A DNA stretch of 9,828 bases from Prasinococcaceae sp. CCMP 1430 (GCA_013416795.1 RQSC01001202.1:227115-236942); one strand, 5' to 3'; counted from the stretch's first letter, positions 1 through 8,020 are shown. Notes: generated by a model not told the origin, from the sequence alone. Numbers and translations are program-made.

Positions 1-10
1 GCCCCCGCAC

Positions 11-62
11 GCGCGCGCGCGCAAAAAGCCTCCCGCTGCTGCTGCTGCTGCGCGCGCGCGCG
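11..62. repeat. Compound microsatellite (GC)6 ... (GCT)5 (CG)6
   Basis: Read directly: GC run 11-22, GCT x5 at 35-49, CG run 51-62. Confidence 0.85.
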
Positions 63-567
63 GCAGCGCACTGGCTGCCCGCCCGCGCGCCCGCGTGGCG
101 CGCCGCCGGTGACCGAGCGTAATCCACGCCGACGAAATCCCACTCCTCACGAGAATTTCCCCATGCGAACAACCCTTCTGGCGCGCGGCGCGGCCCCGGC
201 GTCGCGCGTCCGAACGCCGCTCCGGAAAGAAGCGGTCCCACGACACGCTCCGGAAGCGCGGGCGCCCCGCGCCGCCGCCGGCCGGGCGCCGACGAAAAAA
301 GGCGCGTCGTCAAGGAAATGGATCCAAAATCAGGTGACGTCGCCGCACATCGAAGTCCACCGGCGCTACCGACTGCGCGGAAAATGACCCGACTTGCTCG
401 GGACGAGCCCACCATCCAGCCAGCGAGCCAGAGGCAAAACGTTTCTCCTTCGTCGTTGCCAAACACATGGACCGACCGAGCCGACCTAACGACCCTCGCA
501 TCCGCTTGCTCGGATCGTCGGTGTCTTTTTTTGTGCGGGGGTGCCGCTTTTCGGGTCATTTCTCCGC

Positions 568-1302
568 ATGAAGGCGAGTCTATCCGGCCTCGGGGGGCTG
601 CTGGGCGTCGGGCGCGGCGGGGATGCGGAGGACGTCGAAACGGGCGCGCCAGCCGCGCAGGCTGCGGCCGGGGGCGCTGAGGAAGAGGGCAGCGGCGGCG
701 TGTTCGCGAGGCTGCTTGGGGGCGGCGCCACCGCCGCCGCGGACGGGGGCGGGGGCGCTGCCCCCGCTCCCTCGGCGGCGGAGGGCAGGTGGGGGAGGCT
801 GCGCGCCGCGATGACGCTTGGGAGCCTCCCCTCCGGCGCGCAATCCGGCGATGACGAGGACTCCGAGCTGCGCCGAATGGCCGAGTCCGTGTCGGGCTAC
901 TTCCGCATGAGCTACGAGACGCGCGTCAAGGGCTTCGCTATCTGCCTGACGCTCGCGGTGCTGTGTTCCCTCACCAGCTGGCTGCTCCTCTTCAGCCTGG
1001 CCCTCACGTCTTTCGCCATCATCTACTCGCTCGGCAACGCCCTCGGCCTTGCGTCGACCTTCTTCCTCATGGGGCCGAGGGCGCAGCTCAAGCGCATGTT
1101 CTCCAAGCGGCGCTGGGCGTCGGCGTGCGTGTATTTGTTCTGCCTGGCGGGGACGCTCTATTTCGCGCTGGTCGCCCAGGTCTTCGTCCTCGTGCTCGTG
1201 TTCATGATCGCGCAATGGCTCGCGCTCTGGTGGTACGCGCTCAGCTACATCCCGGGCGCCCAGCGCGTGGTGGGCGGCTGCGTGCGCACGTGCTTCGACT
1301 AA
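568..1302 (+). CDS. SFT2: SFT2/Got1-family vesicle transport membrane protein (244 aa from ATG 568)
   Basis: The ORF-track start at 541 is GTG; the first ATG is at 568 (MKASLSGLGG). A low-complexity Gly/Ala N-terminus precedes a four-TM core with family motifs SYETRVKGFAIC, FAIIYSLGN, STFFLMGPRAQLKRMF and ALWWYALSYIPG. No intron is needed. Confidence 0.88.
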   Translation: MKASLSGLGGLLGVGRGGDAEDVETGAPAAQAAAGGAEEEGSGGVFARLLGGGATAAADGGGGAAPAPSAAEGRWGRLRAAMTLGSLPSGAQSGDDEDSELRRMAESVSGYFRMSYETRVKGFAICLTLAVLCSLTSWLLLFSLALTSFAIIYSLGNALGLASTFFLMGPRAQLKRMFSKRRWASACVYLFCLAGTLYFALVAQVFVLVLVFMIAQWLALWWYALSYIPGAQRVVGGCVRTCFD

Positions 1303-1900
1303 ATGGGAATGGTGACGTGACAGATGGTCTCGGGACGCGCCACGCGCCCCCGCAGGCGCCGCGAATCGGCGACCCTCCGTGGCCTCTCGCTCCCGCGTAC
1401 TGTACGATCGATCGTGTACAGCGCGCGTGCGCGTCCCTCGCGCGCCGCGCGGCGAGCGGGACGCTGCTGGCCGGGAGGCCGCCAGGAAATGGCGCTCGCG
1501 CGCGCGCGCGCGCGCTCACTGCGCGCCGCGGAAGGCCTTGAGCGTGTCGTTCTCCGCGAGGTCGGGTCGCAAGGCGAGGATGCGCTCCAGCATGGCGGAC
1601 ACGCACCCCTCGTCGCCCTGTTGCCGCGCGGCCTCCGCGATGTTGAACATCACGTCCACGTCCTCTGGCGCCACCTTGAGCGCCTGCTCCCATATGAAGC
1701 GCGCGCCCTCTGGATCGTCGTCGCGCGTGAGGCGCAGCGTCGCGAGGTTGTTCATCGCATCGACGTGCGCCTTGTCGAGCTCCAGCGCGCGGATGTACTC
1801 TTCCTCCGCCTCCTGGAAGAGCTCGGTGGTCTGCAGGAAGTTGCCATACTGGTAGTGCGCCTCGGCGTCGGCGCCTTCGGCGAGCGCCGCGCTCTTGAAG
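620..1900 (+). repeat. First copy of a 1281-bp duplicated block (second copy 2136-3416)
   Basis: Constant offset of 1516. The ORF translations are identical in both copies (for example 963-1541 vs 2479-3057 and 1379-1855 vs 2895-3371), and I found no difference by eye. Confidence 0.95.
1397..1421. promoter_or_regulatory. Candidate 3'-end element between convergent genes (GTACTGTACG plus palindrome ACGATCGATCGT)
   Basis: AT-richer, near-palindromic island between the stops at 1302 (+) and 1516 (-). The same 10-mer recurs at 5103-5112, downstream of the FG-GAP gene. Function is inferred. Confidence 0.3.
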
Positions 1901-2134
1901 CGCTCCTCGGCGGCGCTCACCAGGCGGCGGAAGGCGCCCTCCGCGCGCTCGACGGCGGCCGCGTCCTCCCCCGCGGCCTCCACGGCCGAGCGGCGCGCCG
2001 CGAGGAGGCCCTGGAAGTCCGTGCCCTTCCCGACCCTGAGGATGGCGCGGGGGTCGTCGGGGCTCATGGGCATGCCCTCGTCGCCGTCGGTGTACTCGCT
2101 GCCCAGCGCGGCCGCGCCGCGCGCGGCCGCGCGC
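1516..2134 (-). CDS. TPR-repeat protein, 5' end probably cut by the N at 2135
   Basis: Three TPR-like 34-35 aa units: [11 protein letters not shown]...[25 protein letters not shown]...[15 protein letters not shown] and [10 protein letters not shown]...[12 protein letters not shown]. Stop TGA at 1516-1518. Confidence 0.8.
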
Positions 2135-2135
2135 N
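2135..2135. other. Single-N junction between pieces A and B
   Basis: Sequence after the N restarts at the equivalent of position 620, inside SFT2. Confidence 0.95.
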
Positions 2136-2818
2136 GGGATGCGGAGGACGTCGAAACGGGCGCGCCAGCCGCGCAGGCTGCGGCCGGGGGCGCTGAGGAA
2201 GAGGGCAGCGGCGGCGTGTTCGCGAGGCTGCTTGGGGGCGGCGCCACCGCCGCCGCGGACGGGGGCGGGGGCGCTGCCCCCGCTCCCTCGGCGGCGGAGG
2301 GCAGGTGGGGGAGGCTGCGCGCCGCGATGACGCTTGGGAGCCTCCCCTCCGGCGCGCAATCCGGCGATGACGAGGACTCCGAGCTGCGCCGAATGGCCGA
2401 GTCCGTGTCGGGCTACTTCCGCATGAGCTACGAGACGCGCGTCAAGGGCTTCGCTATCTGCCTGACGCTCGCGGTGCTGTGTTCCCTCACCAGCTGGCTG
2501 CTCCTCTTCAGCCTGGCCCTCACGTCTTTCGCCATCATCTACTCGCTCGGCAACGCCCTCGGCCTTGCGTCGACCTTCTTCCTCATGGGGCCGAGGGCGC
2601 AGCTCAAGCGCATGTTCTCCAAGCGGCGCTGGGCGTCGGCGTGCGTGTATTTGTTCTGCCTGGCGGGGACGCTCTATTTCGCGCTGGTCGCCCAGGTCTT
2701 CGTCCTCGTGCTCGTGTTCATGATCGCGCAATGGCTCGCGCTCTGGTGGTACGCGCTCAGCTACATCCCGGGCGCCCAGCGCGTGGTGGGCGGCTGCGTG
2801 CGCACGTGCTTCGACTAA
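2136..2818 (+). CDS. SFT2: SFT2/Got1-family protein, second copy, 5'-truncated at the N
   Basis: Matches 620-1302. Confidence 0.85.
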
Positions 2819-3031
2819 ATGGGAATGGTGACGTGACAGATGGTCTCGGGACGCGCCACGCGCCCCCGCAGGCGCCGCGAATCGGCGACCCTCCGTGGCC
2901 TCTCGCTCCCGCGTACTGTACGATCGATCGTGTACAGCGCGCGTGCGCGTCCCTCGCGCGCCGCGCGGCGAGCGGGACGCTGCTGGCCGGGAGGCCGCCA
3001 GGAAATGGCGCTCGCGCGCGCGCGCGCGCGC

Positions 3032-3416
3032 TCACTGCGCGCCGCGGAAGGCCTTGAGCGTGTCGTTCTCCGCGAGGTCGGGTCGCAAGGCGAGGATGCG
3101 CTCCAGCATGGCGGACACGCACCCCTCGTCGCCCTGTTGCCGCGCGGCCTCCGCGATGTTGAACATCACGTCCACGTCCTCTGGCGCCACCTTGAGCGCC
3201 TGCTCCCATATGAAGCGCGCGCCCTCTGGATCGTCGTCGCGCGTGAGGCGCAGCGTCGCGAGGTTGTTCATCGCATCGACGTGCGCCTTGTCGAGCTCCA
3301 GCGCGCGGATGTACTCTTCCTCCGCCTCCTGGAAGAGCTCGGTGGTCTGCAGGAAGTTGCCATACTGGTAGTGCGCCTCGGCGTCGGCGCCTTCGGCGAG
3401 CGCCGCGCTCTTGAAG
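3032..3416 (-). CDS. 3' part of the TPR gene, second copy, with its 5' part replaced by unrelated sequence beyond 3416
   Basis: Matches 1516-1900. Identity stops after TTGAAG (1900/3416). Confidence 0.75.
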
Positions 3417-3471
3417 GAGCGGTCGTCTCGGCGGCGGCCGCGGCAGGAAGCCGGGGGCGAAGAGGGCGAGG

Positions 3472-3684
3472 GTGAGTGTTCGGTGGGAGGCAGAAGCGAA
3501 GCAGGCGTGCCGACTGCCGCGCGTGGCGGGGGGAGGGGCAGCGTAGGCGGGGCGCGGGCGCGGGGGTCGAGGCCGGGCGCCCGAGGTTTCGAGCGCGCGG
3601 AGCCCGGGGTCGCTGCGGCTCGCGCTGACGCAGGCGCCCGCGACGCGCGACGCGCTCGTCCGCGCGAATCACCTCCCTCGCCAG
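3472..3684 (+). other. Putative 5'-leader intron of UBL5
   Basis: Donor G|GTGAGT at 3472, branch-like GCTGAC at 3624-3629, and CAG acceptors ending at 3633 or (after a pyrimidine-rich run) at 3684. ATG at 3714. No transcript evidence. Confidence 0.4.
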
Positions 3685-3713
3685 CGACACGCCCCGCTCG
3701 CCCCGCCGCGGCG

Positions 3714-3935
3714 ATGATCGAGGTGGTGTGCAACGACCGCCTGGGCAAGAAGGTGCGCGTCAAGTGCAACGCCGACGACACCGTGGGGGACTTCAAGAAG
3801 CTGCTCGCCGCGCAGACGGGCACCAAGCCGGAGAAGCTGCGCCTTCAGAAGTGGCACACCGTCTTCAAGGACCACATCACGCTCGAGGACTACGAGATCC
3901 ACGACGGCATGAACCTCGAGCTCTACTACAACTAG
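3714..3935 (+). CDS. UBL5: Ubiquitin-like protein 5 (Hub1), 73 aa
   Basis: [36 protein letters not shown]...[10 protein letters not shown]: canonical length and C-terminal YY-x motif. The ORF track extends it upstream from a non-ATG start. Confidence 0.97.
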   Translation: MIEVVCNDRLGKKVRVKCNADDTVGDFKKLLAAQTGTKPEKLRLQKWHTVFKDHITLEDYEIHDGMNLELYYN

Positions 3936-4048
3936 CAGTCTCTGTAGCTAGAGAGGTCGAGCTCGAGCCCCGGGGCTCGCGCCGAGAGCGACGGCCGCGC
4001 CGCGAAGGCGCCAAGCATCGCCTAAAATCTTGCGCACGTCCTCGATCG

Positions 4049-4049
4049 N
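4049..4049. other. Single-N junction between pieces B and C
   Basis: N read directly. Confidence 0.9.
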
Positions 4050-4106
4050 CGCGCGGCCGCCGCGCGCGCGCGGAAGGGGCCAGGGCAGGGCGCGCGCCCG
4101 GGGCGC

Positions 4107-4433
4107 TCAGCTGGCCCCCGCCTCTGCGAGCTTTGCGTCGGCCTCCTTGACGGCGCGCGTGAGGTGCAGGACCTGGTACTGGAGCGCGGCGTTCTTGGCG
4201 GCGAGCCCCGAGACGATGGAGGCAACCTCGTCGCGTTCGGTGCGCACCATGTAGTACTCCGCGCGCGCCTTGCCCAGCAGCTTGCGCAGCGCCCACAGCT
4301 CGTCGACGGACGCGCCGGGCGCTCCCGCGCCGCCCGCGGCCGCCTCGCCGGCTCCCCCGATCTCGAGCGCTGCGAGCCTCCTCTCGGCGTCCGCGGCGCG
4401 CGCCTCGAACGCCGCGAGCGCCGCCGCGTCCAT
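4107..4433 (-). CDS. Small two-coiled-coil protein (108 aa), resembling the AIMP1/TARS3 N-terminal leucine-zipper region
   Basis: Heptad segments EARAADAERRLAALE and VSGLAAKNAALQYQVLHLTRAVKEADAKL are separated by a Gly/Ala linker, with GC3-rich codons. The family resemblance is from memory, not a search. Confidence 0.7.
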   Translation of the reverse strand: MDAAALAAFEARAADAERRLAALEIGGAGEAAAGGAGAPGASVDELWALRKLLGKARAEYYMVRTERDEVASIVSGLAAKNAALQYQVLHLTRAVKEADAKLAEAGAS

Positions 4434-4524
4434 CTGGGGCGTCGTCAGAGGGGGTCAGGGATAGGGTGGGGTGGGGTGGGGTGTGGCGTGTAGAGGGGCG
4501 CCGTGCGTCTGAGTGTGTGTGTGT

Positions 4525-4559
<35 letters not shown>

Positions 4560-4696
4560 AGCCCCCTCGTTTGCGTGCGTCCCTTCCCCCTCTCCCACCC
4601 TGTCCGGGCGGCGCGCGCGCGGGCGCCCTGGCGGCCGCCGCAAGGCCCGCGCGCGCCCGCGGCTGCTGCCACCTCGAATGAATGCTCGGTGCGCAC
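4434..4696 (-). other. Putative leader intron ending immediately before the ATG of the 108-aa gene
   Basis: The minus strand reads ...ccCTGACcccctCTGACgacgccccAG|ATG. Candidate donor CCG|GTGCGC at 4696. The acceptor is better supported than the donor. Confidence 0.5.
4513..4561. repeat. Compound microsatellite (GT)6(GC)6(GA)12
   Basis: Read directly. Confidence 0.95.
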
Positions 4697-4863
4697 CGGC
4701 CACAGTCGCGCGGCGGCGGCGCGGCGAGGAGATTGAAACGCTCTTTACGTAATTGTGTCACCTGTGGGCAACGATTTAATGCGATTGATATGCCGAAGCC
4801 GCGAGGAGGAGCGCCAGCTTCTGGCCAAGCCTTGTCTTCATGCTTTGAGAGAGTCGTTGTTGC

Positions 4864-4889
4864 TGTGTGTGTGTGTGTGCGTGTGTGTG
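4864..4889. repeat. Interrupted (TG)n microsatellite
   Basis: Read directly. Confidence 0.9.
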
Positions 4890-5222
4890 GTCGTGGTGGT
4901 CTTCAGGGACACATCCTTGGGGGAGGGGAGGGGAGGGGAGGCGCCGCGCTCCTCCCAGAAGCGCGTGTCCCTTCGGCCGCGACGGTCGCGGCGAGCGCGG
5001 CGGTGGCGACCGCGGCGCGCGAGGCCGGTGTGACGGCGGGCGGACGCCGCCGCAGTTCGGGCGCGGTCCACTGCGCGCGCGCGCGCCCGCGCGCACTGCA
5101 CAGTACTGTACGTCAGAATGCATTCATTTGAATATGGGCGGGAGGGCTCGGCGACGACTCGAACTCGCACATCAGAATGCACTAGGACGGCGTACTGCGT
5201 CGAGCGCCGCTCGCGCCGCCCC

Positions 5223-7653
5223 TTACTTGGGCATGCATCCATGTTTCTTGCTGAACTTGCAATTGTTCTTGGCGTCGCCCTTGTTGCACTTCTTCTTCGA
5301 CTTCTTCGCCTTCTTGCAGAGCTTCTTGACCTGCTTCTTCGAAAGCTTCTGGCGTGCGCACGTTGGCGCGGGAGGGCCAGGCCACGCAGACGAGATCACA
5401 CGGCGCGTCGGCGCTGGCGTCAGCATCATCATCCCGCGCGATCGAGCTCGCGCCAGCCAGGCACCAGCAGTGGGGCACGCCGCGTCGACGAGCAAGCGCT
5501 GAGGGACCAGCGCGCGTACCTTTGTCTTCTTCTCTGCCTCCTTCGGTGGCGGGCTCGGAGGAGGAGGAGGAGGAGGGGGCGGAGGGGGAGGCGGGCTCGG
5601 AGGAGGCGGAGGCGCAGGAGTCTTCATGTCCTTCTTCGAGGGCTTCTTGCCCTTGTTGCCATTCTCGCCGTTCTCGCTCCTTTTTTTGCCCTTCTCGGCC
5701 TTCTTTTTACCCGTCGTGCCCTTCTCGTCCTTCTTGCCCTTCTTGTCCTTCGCATTCTGCCGTTTTGCATGGATCACGCATCGCAGGGCGTGGTGGGGAC
5801 GACCCAGCCGCGCGAGTGCGATTGATTGGGCGGCCGGGCGGCGGCGTGCGAAGCGTTTGCGCGCACGCATGAGCGAGGGAGGGCCAGACGACGGAGACGA
5901 AAGCATGCGGCGAGTCGGCGCTGGCGTCAGCATCATCGCGCCTGCGATCGAGCGCGCGCCAGCCAGATGAGGCACGCCGCATCGACAGGCACGCGCGCAG
6001 GGGGCAGCGCGCTCACCTTCTTCTTCTTCTTCTCTGCCTTCTTCGGAGGCAGGCTCGGAGGAGGAGGAGAGGGGGGCGGAGGAGGAGGCGGGCTTGGAGG
6101 AGGCAGGGGAGGAGGGGGGGAAGGGGGCGGAGGTGGCGGGCTCGGAGGAGGAGGAGGGGGGGGCGAAGGAGGCAGACTCGGAGGAGGCGGGCTCGGCGGA
6201 GGCGGGCTCGGAGGAGGAGGGGAGGAGGAGGCGGGCTAGGAGGAGGCGGGCTAGGAGGAGGCGGGCTCGGAGGAGGAGGGGGAGGGGGAGGAGGAGGCGG
6301 GCTAGGAGGAGGCGGGCTAGGAGGAGGCGGGCTCGGAGGAGGAGGGGGAGGAGGAGGCGGGCTCGGAGGCGGGCTCGGAGGAGGAGGTGGAGGAGGAGGC
6401 GGGCTTGGCGGCGGGCTCGGGGGCGGCATCGGAGAGGGCGGAGAAGGAGTAGGAAGCTCGAACACGTACGCGCTGCCGCTGTCGTTGTCCGTCTGAGCGC
6501 CCACCAGCGCGTAGTCGGCCGAGAGCGCCACGCTGGAGCCCAAGTACGCATCCGCCGCGGCGTCGCTGGCCACAAGCTTGGACAGCTGCGACCACGACGT
6601 CCCCGAGCGAAAAAACACGTACGCGCTGCCGCTGCTGGAGCCGCTGTCGTCGTCAGTACTAGCGCCCACCAGCGCATAGTCGCCCGAGAGCGCCACTCTG
6701 CGGCCGAAGGTGTCACCATCCTCGCGGTCGCTGGCCAACAGCTTGGCCTGCTGCGACCACGACGCCCCCCCCGAGCGGAAAAACACGTACGCGCTGCCGC
6801 TCCTTGAGCCGTAGTCGTCGTCCCGATAAGCGCCCACCAGCGCGTAGTCGCCCGAGAGCGCCACGCTGATGCCGAACTGGTCATACGCCTCGGCGTCGTT
6901 GGCCACCAGCTTGGCGCTCTGCGACCACGACGTCCCGAAGCGATAAAAGACGTACGCGCTGCCGCTGTCGTCGTCGCCGCTGTCGTCGTTTCCAAAATCA
7001 GCGCCAACCAGCGCGTAGTTGCCCGAGAGCGCCACACTGATGCCGAACTGGTCATACGCCGCGAAGTCGCTGGCATACAGTATGGCCTGCTGCGACCACG
7101 ACGTCCCCGAGCGAAAAAACACGTACGCGCTGCCGCTCATGGTGCCGCCGTCGGAAAAAGCGCCCACCAGCGCGTAGTCGCCCGAGAGCGCCACGTTCTG
7201 GCCGAAGGAGTCACCCGCCTCGCCGTCTCCGAGCACCAGCTTGGCCTGCTGCGACCACGTCGTGTCCGAGCGCACGAACACGTACGCGCTGCCGCTCTCG
7301 GAGCCGTCCCCATAAGCGCCCACCAGCGCGTACTCGCCCGAGAGCGCCACGCTCCAGCCAAAGAAGTCAGATGCTGCGCCGTCGCTGGCCGCCAGCTTGG
7401 CCTGCTGCGACCACGACGTCCCCGAGCGCAAAAAGACGTACGCGCTGCCGCTGGAGGAGCCGCTGTCGTCGTCATTCGGAGCGCCCACCAGCGCGTAGTC
7501 GCCCGAGAGCGCCACGCTGTAGCCGAAGTTGTCATTGTCCGCGCCGTCGCTGGCCACCAGCTTGGACACTTCCTCTAGGGCGGCATGCGTCATGCGCACC
7601 GCCATGGTCGCCAGCATCGCAGCCCATGCAAGCAAGCGACGAGGGGTCGGCAT
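5223..7653 (-). CDS. Secreted FG-GAP 7-bladed beta-propeller protein with SPPPP stalk and Lys/Cys-rich tail. Exons 7653-6017, 5756-5520 and 5348-5223; about 666 aa after repairing a 1-nt frameshift at 6219-6222
   Basis: Signal peptide MPTPRRLLAWAAMLATMAVRMTHA, then seven repeats of KLxASDGxxxDxFGxSVALSGDYALVGA...SGSAYVF (FG-GAP_2-like). Two GT-AG phase-0 introns join the Pro stalk to Lys-rich exons in frame. Exon 1 is 1637 nt, one short of a multiple of 3, which matches a G4 run where the neighbouring repeat units have G5. Confidence 0.8.
5349..5519 (-). other. Spliceosomal intron 2 of the FG-GAP gene (171 nt, phase 0)
   Basis: AAG|GTACGC...gatgCTGAC...cgcCAG|AAG. It interrupts Lys-rich coding sequence. 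It is in frame and stop-free, so retention cannot be excluded. Confidence 0.75.
5757..6016 (-). other. Spliceosomal intron 1 of the FG-GAP gene (260 nt, phase 0)
   Basis: AAG|GTGAGC...ggCAG|AAT. It contains an in-frame stop, and splicing restores KKKKK|NAKDKK. Confidence 0.75.
6040..6455 (-). repeat. Extensin-like Ser-Pro(n) coding repeat
   Basis: Tandem AGC CCG CCT CCT CCT/CCG units. Confidence 0.9.
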
Positions 7654-7659
7654 TTTGTT

Positions 7660-7689
<30 letters not shown>
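7660..7689 (-). repeat. (CAA)10 tract in the 5' leader of the FG-GAP gene
   Basis: TTG x10 on the + strand. The mRNA sense reads (CAA)10-AACAAA-ATG. Confidence 0.9.
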
Positions 7690-7690
<1 letters not shown>

Positions 7691-8020
7691 CGTGTATGGT
7701 GGTGGTGATGTGTGTGGGGGAAGGAGCTGTTGGTGGTGGGGTAGCTGCTGATTAGAGGGGGCTTCGAGCATCAGCGGGCACGCGCGCGCAACATTGCGTG
7801 CGGGGGGCGCGCACACGCTGCGGGCGGGCCTGCGCGCGCGCAGGGAGGAGGTGAGGCGCCAACAGAGCCGGAACGAACCCAAAATGCGACCACCAGCATG
7901 AGGGCGCCGTCCGACAAGGAGGCACGTTGCGCCAGCGTGCTGGGAGCGTGCGCGCATCGCGGGCGAGCAGCGGCCGCGCGCGCGAGCAAAGGCCGCACGC
8001 GCGCCCCGCGCGGCCGCCGT

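Noticed and set aside
109-567. Short ORFs upstream of SFT2 and a possible intron (GTGACG at 334, CTAAC near 485)
   Set aside because: The ORFs are Arg/Ala/Pro-rich with no recognisable domain, and no donor/acceptor pair gives an in-frame join to SFT2. It is treated as promoter or leader sequence.
1241-2818. ORFs 1241-2731, 1324-2196, 1516-2247 and 1895-2818, suggesting SFT2-TPR fusions or long N-termini
   Set aside because: All span the N at 2135, so the portions across the N are join artefacts.
3417-3470. Whether the divergence after 3416 is another complement-only or colour-shift patch
   Set aside because: I tested the complement and both other base-swap transforms against 1901 onward by eye, and none matches.
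3032-3826. 264-aa TPR variant with a new N-terminus
   Set aside because: The extension is antisense to UBL5 and its leader, is low-complexity, and begins at the suspected chimeric junction.
5020-5072. tRNA-like look (GTTCG, ending TCCA, short terminal stem)
   Set aside because: It is only about 50 nt, has no D or anticodon arms, and such pairing is expected by chance at this GC content.
4445-5502. Many overlapping ORFs with CVCV, ERER or THTH runs
   Set aside because: These are translations of microsatellites and GC-rich intergenic DNA, or antisense shadows of real exons.
5223-7076. 617-aa ORF
   Set aside because: It is a mosaic of off-frame FG-GAP sequence, intron sequence and the true exons 2-3.
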